Source: Deinococcales bacterium
GTDB lineage: Bacteria > Deinococcota > Deinococci > Deinococcales > JAAFIG01
Assembly: GCA_031414595.1 (NCBI GenBank)
Contig: JANNVX010000091.1
Location: forward strand, 1-13,395
DNA: 13,395 nucleotides
Direction of reading: 5' to 3'
Shown here: positions 1-8,826 of the stretch, in pieces
Position numbering within the stretch: the stretch's first letter is position 1
Layout of the letters: the number at the start of each line of letters is the position of its first letter
Program-made: the position numbers and the translations under genes
Notes under the pieces: model-generated
Database searches by the model: none
Seen by the model: the letters and a program-made list of their open reading frames with translations, nothing else
What the model was told of the DNA's origin: nothing

Positions 1-102
1 TATGCCACTAAACGAAAAGTCGCAGATGACTTCAAGGATTCGATGCGTATTGTGTTTGATAAGGTCATGCCGCAATGGAATTATGTGGCTAAACCGACTT
101 GA
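1..102 (+). CDS. C-terminal fragment of an ISAzo13-family transposase (5' part outside window)
   Basis: Frame 1 reads YATKRKVADDFKDSMRIVFDKVMPQWNYVAKPT* (TGA 100-102). This matches the ISAzo13/Rhodopirellula-type C-terminal pattern Y..grKv...fk..m.i.fd..lp.WNY...P. Too short to appear in the ORF track. Confidence 0.8.
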   Translation, partial: YATKRKVADDFKDSMRIVFDKVMPQWNYVAKPT

Positions 103-137
103 GGTGTAAATCGGGAAGTTATTTACGGACAAATCCT
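1..137 (+). mobile_element. Right end of an ISAzo13-like insertion sequence
   Basis: The transposase tail is followed by ...GAAGTTATTTACGGACAAATCCT (to about 137), which resembles a terminal inverted repeat. An unrelated coding remnant begins immediately after. The boundary is uncertain by 1-2 nt because the left end is not in the window. Confidence 0.7.
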
Positions 138-139
138 TA

Positions 140-229
140 GAGTGCAAGCGCATTTTTACAACCGATATTCGTGATTTTCATGTTTACCGCTATAAAGACC
201 AAATGGCATTTGATGTGATTTGTCCATGA
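140..229 (+). pseudogene. 3' remnant of a PIN-domain (VapC-like) toxin gene cut by the IS
   Basis: Reads (L)ECKRIFTTDIRDFHVYRYKDQMAFDVICP* (TGA 227-229). It matches the PIN C-terminal motif i.T.D.rDF..yR.....f...P. There is no start codon and the frame abuts the IS end. Confidence 0.65.
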
Positions 230-282
230 AAACACCCATTCTAGTTTGTAGACCTTTGGGACAGTCCGCCCGATAGATTGCC

Positions 283-288
283 TAGAAT
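283..288 (+). promoter_or_regulatory. -10 box (TAGAAT), probable leaderless promoter of the patatin gene
   Basis: TANNNT hexamer exactly 6 nt before GTG 295, with no Shine-Dalgarno sequence. This layout is typical of Deinococcus-Thermus leaderless genes. Confidence 0.6.
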
Positions 289-294
289 GAATCT

Positions 295-2103
295 GTGAAC
301 TTAATGAAAATTTGTGTTGTACTGCTGCTGTTGTTTGCACCTATTGCCAAAGCCCAAAGCGCACCGCGCCCCCAAGTGGCGGTAACACTGGCGGGTGGCG
401 TGGCAAGGGGTTTTGCGTTCCTTGGGGCGCTCGAGGTGCTGGTCACAGAAGGTGTGCCAGTTGACCGAATTGTCGGGACATCGGCTGGGGCATTGGTTGG
501 TGGGCTGTACTCCAGTGGTTACAATTTTAAGACCATAGAAGCCATGCTCAACGAGTTGCGTTTTGTACAAGGCGATTTAATAAGAATTTTATTCCCACCA
601 ACCCAAGGGTTACTCGACCCGACAGGTTTTGAAACGGTGTATCGCGCTCTAGTGGACAACAAAAAACTCGAGCATACCTCGCCACGCCTCGCTGTGATGG
701 TCACAGAGTTGCGTCCAGCCCCACCAAAAGCGCTTCTCGAGGGCGATATTGCAAGCGCCATTCGTGCCAGCATCAGTTTACCAATTCTATTTCCAGTCCC
801 AAGTATTGATGGGGTCTACTACGCCGATGGGGGCTTACGCGACCCGTTTCCTGTCGGTGTGGCAAGGGCTTTAGGCAGCGATGTCGTCTTTGGAATTAGG
901 GCATTGGCAGAAGCTGGGGCGCAACCTGATAATTTACTCAATGCCTTGTCTTTTGTGGTCGGTGCGCTGACTGTACCTGTTGATCAGACCCAACCCGAGG
1001 CTTGGATTCGGGTGAAAACCTTTGATACCCTGTACTTTGATTTCTCGAAGGTTTCGGAGTTAATGCAGCGAGGACGCGAAACCGCACGGGCAGAACTGCC
1101 TAAAATTCTCGAGGTATTGCTTAAAAAAGGCGTACCACTAAACCCCAAAGGCGACCCACACGAAAAAAATCCAATCAATCTGGGCTGGCGTGAACGACTA
1201 GCCAAAGGGGTGCAATTAGCTCGAGCCTTACCGCCTGTTTTCACAGTTGCCCCTGCCATTGAACTCGCGCCAAGTGCTTTTGACTGGAACACCCGTCCCG
1301 CCCAACCAACCAGTTACTCGAGTTTGGGGCTAGGTTTGGATTTTACGGGTGGCGTACTCGGTAATTTTAGCTTTGGGGCTGGTTATGTCGAGCGCTTAAA
1401 CGACCCAAATGACGGTATTTTTGCCCGAGCCAGTTATGATTTTTCTAATTTAAGAATTTATGGGCTTTACGACCCCGCAAGGCGACCCGAAAGCACACCT
1501 TGGGAGATTGGTCTCGAGTACCGCGCCGAAAACATCCACAATTCGCCGTTCACCCTTAAAGCCAGTCTGGACAGTTTGGCTTTGGGATTGTCAACAGCCG
1601 CTCGACTCGAGGCTGGAACAACCATCGTCAAAGCCAATCTCGAGTTGCGCTTTGGCTATGCACCGAGCCTGCGCTTACAAACCAGTTTGGGTTTAGAAAC
1701 CAGCTTCAAGCCCTTTTTTATTCGGGCGAGGGCATTTTTAGGTTTGACCACAGGTGGAGCAGAAGGTTTTAGTCTTGGCTATCACAGTTTATTGCGAGCG
1801 TATCCCGCTAATTTTGTGGTCTCACGCCAAGCGATTATTGGCAATTTAGAATTTGGCTACCGTCTCGAGTTACCGAGTGTGGCTGGAATCATTACGGCGA
1901 GTCCGGAGTTCAGGTTGTTTTTTGATGCTGGTTGGGCATTAACCTTAGAAACCAACTCGAGCCAATTTTTGTGGGATTTGGGGATTGGCATTAACTTTCC
2001 GGGGGCTTGGTTTGGCTTTATCCCCTTTGGTTTTGGGTTGGACATGGCTGTGGGCGGCAATCAATTTCGGTTTACGGCGTACACAGTGCTTAACCTGCCT
2101 TAA
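295..2103 (+). CDS. Secreted patatin-like phospholipase fused to an Omp85-type beta-barrel (PlpD/type Vd-like)
   Basis: Signal peptide MKICVVLLLLFAPIAKA. Patatin motifs GGVARG, GTSAG, ASISLP and DGG. The C-terminal half has amphipathic beta-strands with Omp85-like motifs LRAY (compare VRGY), FFDAG and LGIG. Start is GTG 295 or ATG 304. Confidence 0.85.
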   Translation: MNLMKICVVLLLLFAPIAKAQSAPRPQVAVTLAGGVARGFAFLGALEVLVTEGVPVDRIVGTSAGALVGGLYSSGYNFKTIEAMLNELRFVQGDLIRILFPPTQGLLDPTGFETVYRALVDNKKLEHTSPRLAVMVTELRPAPPKALLEGDIASAIRASISLPILFPVPSIDGVYYADGGLRDPFPVGVARALGSDVVFGIRALAEAGAQPDNLLNALSFVVGALTVPVDQTQPEAWIRVKTFDTLYFDFSKVSELMQRGRETARAELPKILEVLLKKGVPLNPKGDPHEKNPINLGWRERLAKGVQLARALPPVFTVAPAIELAPSAFDWNTRPAQPTSYSSLGLGLDFTGGVLGNFSFGAGYVERLNDPNDGIFARASYDFSNLRIYGLYDPARRPESTPWEIGLEYRAENIHNSPFTLKASLDSLALGLSTAARLEAGTTIVKANLELRFGYAPSLRLQTSLGLETSFKPFFIRARAFLGLTTGGAEGFSLGYHSLLRAYPANFVVSRQAIIGNLEFGYRLELPSVAGIITASPEFRLFFDAGWALTLETNSSQFLWDLGIGINFPGAWFGFIPFGFGLDMAVGGNQFRFTAYTVLNLP

Positions 2104-2119
2104 AATTTCGGTTCTCGAG

Positions 2120-2128
2120 TGTTACAAT
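2120..2128 (+). promoter_or_regulatory. Extended -10 box (TGnTACAAT), probable leaderless promoter of clpS
   Basis: TG at 2120-2121 and TACAAT at 2123-2128, 6 nt before GTG 2135. No SD. Confidence 0.7.
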
Positions 2129-2134
2129 TTTCTT

Positions 2135-2431
2135 GTGAGCGAGACCCGCACCTTAACCCGAGAAACCACCAAAGTTGCCACGCCTAAATTGTGGAAAGTA
2201 ATGTTACTGAACGATGATTACACCCCAATGGATTTTGTCGTGGATGTGCTGACCAGAGTTTTTCGCAAGTCCGAAGACGAAGCGATCCAAATTATGCTAC
2301 AAGTTCATCATGCTGGGGCTGGTTTAGCGGGTGTCTACGCCTTTGAAATTGCTGAAACCAAAATCATGCAAACCGAGGACTTGGCGCGTTCGGAGGGTCA
2401 TCCGCTTCAGTGTACCCTCGAGCCAGAGTGA
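2135..2431 (+). CDS. clpS: ATP-dependent Clp protease adaptor ClpS
   Basis: Contains KVMLLNDDYTPMDFVVDVL, IMLQVHHAG, IAETK and HPLQCTLE. Start moved from 1985 (ORF track) to the in-frame GTG 2135, which removes the overlap with the patatin gene and fits the -10 box. Confidence 0.95.
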   Translation: MSETRTLTRETTKVATPKLWKVMLLNDDYTPMDFVVDVLTRVFRKSEDEAIQIMLQVHHAGAGLAGVYAFEIAETKIMQTEDLARSEGHPLQCTLEPE

Positions 2432-2505
2432 GAAAGGCGAAAGTAGAGCCTCCGAAAAGCCTGAAATTCTTAGAAATTTTCGTCAAACGCGTAAATGGAA
2501 AAACA

Positions 2506-2531
2506 GGGCGAACACGGGGGTTCGCCCCTAC
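2506..2531 (-). repeat. GTAG-type REP palindrome, copy 1
   Basis: Minus strand reads GTAG-GGGCGAAC-CCCCGT-GTTCGCCC: a GTAG foot, a perfect 8-bp stem and a 6-nt loop. Confidence 0.8.
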
Positions 2532-2556
2532 CTCACGCATTTTTCACGCCATGACT

Positions 2557-2582
2557 GTAGGGACAGACCCCTGTGTCTGTCC
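2557..2582 (+). repeat. GTAG-type REP palindrome, copy 2
   Basis: Reads GTAG-GGACAGAC-CCCTGT-GTCTGTCC: a GTAG foot, a perfect 8-bp stem and a 6-nt loop. Inverted relative to copy 1, with a 25-nt spacer. Confidence 0.8.
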
Positions 2583-2647
2583 TGTAACCAACGATAAAAT
2601 GGCATTCTTTCGGAGGCTCATAGCCCATAGCTCATCTACGAACAATG

Positions 2648-2653
2648 TAGACT
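2648..2653 (+). promoter_or_regulatory. -10 box (TAGACT), probable leaderless promoter of psuG-rodZ
   Basis: TANNNT hexamer 7 nt before GTG 2661. Confidence 0.6.
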
Positions 2654-2660
2654 AAGGCTT

Positions 2661-3566
2661 GTGAAGCATTTTATTTTTGCGCCTGAAGTCGCAACTGCCT
2701 TAGCGCAGCGTTTGCCTGTGGTGGCACTTGAAAGTACGGTTATCACCCATGGTCTCCCCTACCCTAATAATCTCGAGACCGCTAAAGATTTAGAAGCCAA
2801 AGTGCGCCTTTCAGGTGCGATTCCAGCCACGATTGCAGTGCTGGATGGGAAAATTCATGTCGGTTGCACAAGCCAGCAATTACTGCGTTTGGCTCAAGAA
2901 CCAATGGAAAAAGTGTCTTTGTGGAATTTGCCAGCAATCATGGCAAAAGGCTCGAGCGCGGGGACAACGGTTGCGACCACAGCACATTTGGCACATTTGG
3001 CAGGGATTGAAGTCTTTGCCACGGGTGGAATTGGTGGGGTGCATTTTGATGCTTTTGATGAAAGTGCCGATTTGCCCGCGCTGGCAAGGATTCCAATTGT
3101 GGTGGTTTGTGCTGGGGCAAAAAGTATTTTGAATCTTCATGCGACCATCGAACGACTCGAGACGCTGGGTGTTCCCGTCATCGGTTATGGCACGGATTCT
3201 CTACCCGCTTTCCATACCCCAAGCAGTCCGTACAGTGTGGCAGCCCGTTTGGATACACCCCAAGAAATTGCCAAAGCCCATATTGCAGCCCGTGACCTCG
3301 AGATGCGCCAAGCCATTTTGGTGGCTAATCCAATAGACCAAGGCATCGAGTTTGGTAAAGTTCAGGCGTGGGTCGAAGCGGCTAACCACGAGGCGCGTAA
3401 ACAAATGGTATCGGGGAAGCGACTGACACCGTTTTTACTTTCGGAGTTGGCGCGGTTGTCCTCTGGCGAAACAGTGCAAGTCAACGGTAGACTACTGGGC
3501 AATAACGCTAGGCTCGCGGGAGAGATTGCCGTGGCGTTAGTTGCTGTCCGACTCGAGGCGATATGA
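2661..3566 (+). CDS. psuG: Pseudouridine-5'-phosphate glycosidase (PsuG/IndA family)
   Basis: Motifs PVVALESTVITHGLPYP, GTTVATT, FATGGIGGVH, DESADL, AGAKSIL and GKRLTPFLL. Confidence 0.93.
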   Translation: MKHFIFAPEVATALAQRLPVVALESTVITHGLPYPNNLETAKDLEAKVRLSGAIPATIAVLDGKIHVGCTSQQLLRLAQEPMEKVSLWNLPAIMAKGSSAGTTVATTAHLAHLAGIEVFATGGIGGVHFDAFDESADLPALARIPIVVVCAGAKSILNLHATIERLETLGVPVIGYGTDSLPAFHTPSSPYSVAARLDTPQEIAKAHIAARDLEMRQAILVANPIDQGIEFGKVQAWVEAANHEARKQMVSGKRLTPFLLSELARLSSGETVQVNGRLLGNNARLAGEIAVALVAVRLEAI

Positions 3567-4537
3567 AAGAAGATAATTTAGTTGGTCGTTTGAACATCAC
3601 CCGCGATAACCTCGCACCCCTACTAAAAGAGGCTCGAGAAGCCAAAGGAATGACTTTAGAAGAAATTGCCGAGCGCCTTAAAGTGCGCCCAAGTTTACTC
3701 GAGCAAATCGAAGCTGGACGTTATGAATCCCTGCCAGAAATGATTTACACCCGCTCATACATTCAAAAGTTTGCCCAAATTGTCGGGCTTGCCCCAGAAC
3801 CTTTTGTGACGGCGTATGAACGAATTGCTGCCAATGCCAGTTCGCCCACCTTGGCGCGAAGTGCGGTGCGTACCGTCATCGAATCTGCGCCAGTGATTCG
3901 CCAAGAAGACATTCCACGAACCAATTATGTGCCTTGGATTCTTGGCTTTTTGGGTTTAATTATCATTGGTCTGTTGGCTTTTTTCTTAGCCCAAGGGCGA
4001 ATCCTGCCGCGCAGTAACACTTCAAATAAACCAAGCACGGTTGCCATTATCACCCCAGACCCCAGTCCAACCCAATCTGAGATGGTGCGCTTAAGTGTTT
4101 TGAGTGTACCAAGCGGCGCAACCGTGCAAATAGACAAGTACAACATTGGCACAACCCCACTCAAAGATGCGGTGGTCTCGAGCCGCCCAAACCGCGAATT
4201 GCGGGTGATTAAGGCTGGCTATAAACCGTATGTCAGCACCAAAGATTTGTTAGCCGACACCAACCTAAGTGTGACCTTGGAGCGCCTTGTCTCGAGTACA
4301 CCAATTGCAACCAGTGGCAAGGTGCAACTGGTGTACCGTGGCAGTTCTTGGACTCGGGTGCGCGATGCAAGCGGCAAAATTATCTATGAAGGACAGCCCA
4401 AACCGGGCGATAGACTCGAGTTTACACCGCCCATCGAAGTGCGCCTTGGGCAACCCAGTGTCGTCAGTGCCGTGGTTGGTGGTGTGACCCGTGAGCGTTT
4501 AGGCGGCAGCAGCCCAGTTACGGTTAAGTTGCCTTAG
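3563..4537 (+). CDS. rodZ: RodZ-like membrane protein (HTH, TM helix, PEGA, DUF4115-like C-terminus)
   Basis: N-terminal HTH LKEAREAKGMTLEEIAERLKVRPSLLEQIEAGRYESLP..YTRSYIQKFA. One TM helix (WILGFLGLIIIGLLAFFLA). PEGA-like segment SVPSGATVQID..IGTTP...KAGY. C-terminal SWTRVRDASGKIIYEG...VRLG. Lies upstream of rimO and overlaps psuG by ATGA. Confidence 0.85.
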   Translation: MKEDNLVGRLNITRDNLAPLLKEAREAKGMTLEEIAERLKVRPSLLEQIEAGRYESLPEMIYTRSYIQKFAQIVGLAPEPFVTAYERIAANASSPTLARSAVRTVIESAPVIRQEDIPRTNYVPWILGFLGLIIIGLLAFFLAQGRILPRSNTSNKPSTVAIITPDPSPTQSEMVRLSVLSVPSGATVQIDKYNIGTTPLKDAVVSSRPNRELRVIKAGYKPYVSTKDLLADTNLSVTLERLVSSTPIATSGKVQLVYRGSSWTRVRDASGKIIYEGQPKPGDRLEFTPPIEVRLGQPSVVSAVVGGVTRERLGGSSPVTVKLP

Positions 4538-4572
4538 GGCGTTTTCGTTCTAAAATTGGTTTTGTTTTACGG

Positions 4573-4613
4573 TAAGCTGGTAGCCATCGGGCTAGTAGCT
4601 CTTTTTATTGAGG
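4573..4613 (+). promoter_or_regulatory. Possible -10 box (TAAGCT) and SD (GAGG) for rimO
   Basis: TAAGCT at 4573-4578 and GAGG at 4610-4613, 7 nt before ATG 4621. Confidence 0.4.
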
Positions 4614-4620
4614 TTTTTCT

Positions 4621-6004
4621 ATGAACGTATCCGTTGCAAAAAAAGTTGGTTTTGTCAGTCTTGGTTGCCCCAAAGCCTTAGTTGATTCAGAACGAATCCT
4701 GACCCAAATTCGGGCAGAGGGTTACGAGGTCTCCGCCAGTTATGAAGATGCCGATGTGGTGGTGGTCAATACTTGCGGTTTTATCACCCCAGCCATCGAA
4801 GAAAGCTTAAGTGCAATTGGCGAAGCCTTAGAACATACCGGCAAAGTGATTGTCACGGGTTGCCTCGGTGAACGCCCAGAAACGATTCAAGCCAGACACC
4901 CCAATGTCTTATCGGTGACTGGGGCTGGCGACATTGAAGGCGTGATGAAGGCACTGCACAAAGAAATCCCACCAGACCAAAATCCGTTTACCCAGCTTTT
5001 ACCGATAGGGGTCAAACTGACGCCCAAGCACTACGCCTATGTCAAAATTGCCGAAGGCTGCAATCATACCTGTAGCTTTTGCATTATTCCCAAGCTGCGT
5101 GGTTTACAAGTCTCGAGGGACGCAAGTGAGATTTTATACGAATCGTACCGCCTTGTCTCGAGTGGCACAAAAGAACTTTTAATCATCTCCCAAGACTCGA
5201 GTGCTTATGGGGTGGATATTCGGCATCGGAAGACCGAATACCAAGGGGCAGAAGTGGTTGCCCATTTGGTGGATTTGTGCCAAAAGCTCGGTGAGCTTGG
5301 CGCTTGGGTCAGGCTGCATTATGTCTATCCATACCCGCACATCGAAAACATTGTCAAGCTGATGGCGCAAGGGAAAATCCTGCCGTACTTGGATGTGCCT
5401 TTGCAACACGCCAGTCCAAAAATTCTCAAAGCCATGCGCCGCCCGGGGGCTGGTAAACAATTAGAAACGATTTTGCGCTGGCGTGAAATCTGCCCAGAAA
5501 TAGTTTTACGCAGCACTTTTATTGTCGGGTTTCCCGGAGAAACCGAAAGTGATTTTGAAATGTTGCTCGAGTTTATCCGCCAAGCCAGACTTGACCGCGT
5601 GGGTTGCTTTACCTATTCGCCGGTAGATGAAGCCGATGCCAACAAATTAGAAAATCATGTCCCAGAAAACATTAAACTCGAGCGTTTAGAGCGCTTGATG
5701 GCAGTCCAACAAGAAATTTCTTTAGAAAAAAGCCAAGCCAAAATTGGGCGGGTACTCGAGTGTATCGTAGACGAATACAACGATGACGACGGCGATATGG
5801 CTGGCACAAAACTGATAGGGCGTTCCAAAGGTGATGCCCCTGGTATAGACGGCACAGTGATGATTGCGGCTGGTGCTTTTGCAGGGCAAATTAAAATAGG
5901 GGACTTGGTGATGGTACTGATCGAAGATGCTGACGAGTACGACCTCTACGGCGAAGTCCAGAGTTTGGTGGATTGGCAACCCAATGTGATTCGGATGCCA
6001 AGCC

Positions 6005-6015
<11 letters not shown>
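4621..6015 (+). CDS. rimO: Ribosomal protein S12 methylthiotransferase RimO
   Basis: N-terminal [12 protein letters not shown] and NTCGFI. Radical SAM motif [10 protein letters not shown], then LHYVYP and [13 protein letters not shown]-terminal TRAM domain [12 protein letters not shown]...DEYDLYG. Confidence 0.97.
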
Positions 6016-8640
<2,625 letters not shown>

Positions 8641-8794
8641 CTAAAAGCAGAGAAATGAAAAAAAGTGCTATACCCAGCCTCGGTATAAATTAACCCATAC
8701 AATAACCAAAGTGTGACCACATTGGGTAGATAATTACTTAAGGTTCTCGAGCAAACGGTGTGCAAAATATCGCAGCATAACTACTTGGGAGGCA

Positions 8795-8800
8795 TACAAT
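8795..8800 (+). promoter_or_regulatory. Possible -10 box (TACAAT) for the lipoprotein gene
   Basis: TACAAT ends 26 nt before GTG 8827. Confidence 0.4.
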
Positions 8801-8826
8801 AAAAGTCTTAGACCCTATTTTTCGAG

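Larger units (their letters stand above)
2446..2619. mobile_element. Putative 174-bp MITE-like element with 12-bp terminal inverted repeats
   Basis: GAGCCTCCGAAA (2446-2457) and TTTCGGAGGCTC (2608-2619) are perfect inverted repeats. The element fills most of the clpS-psuG gap. Flanks GTA/ATA are not a perfect target duplication. Confidence 0.55.

Noticed and set aside
127-225. 9-bp inverted repeat GGACAAATC (127-135) / GATTTGTCC (217-225)
   Set aside because: It is short, with one arm in the IS end and the other in the PIN remnant. Consistent with chance.
1985-2134. 50-aa N-terminal extension of ClpS in the ORF track
   Set aside because: It overlaps the patatin gene and has no ClpS similarity. 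An extended -10 box points to GTG 2135 as the start.
2331-2655. ORFs 2331-2597 and 2410-2655
   Set aside because: They overlap clpS and run through the REP/MITE sequence. They look like chance open frames.
4589-4609. Weak hairpin plus T-run upstream of rimO
   Set aside because: The stem is about 5 bp with a G-U pair, too weak to call a terminator or riboswitch.
8712-8727. TGTGA-containing sequence resembling a CRP site
   Set aside because: There is no TCACA half-site at the 6-nt spacing, only a short TGTG-AC-CACA palindrome.
8764-8781. Second AGCATAAC in the ligA upstream region, a possible second RDRM
   Set aside because: Only one half-site matches (minus strand TTATGCTGCGATATTTT). It might be an alternative -10 box, but there is no further support.
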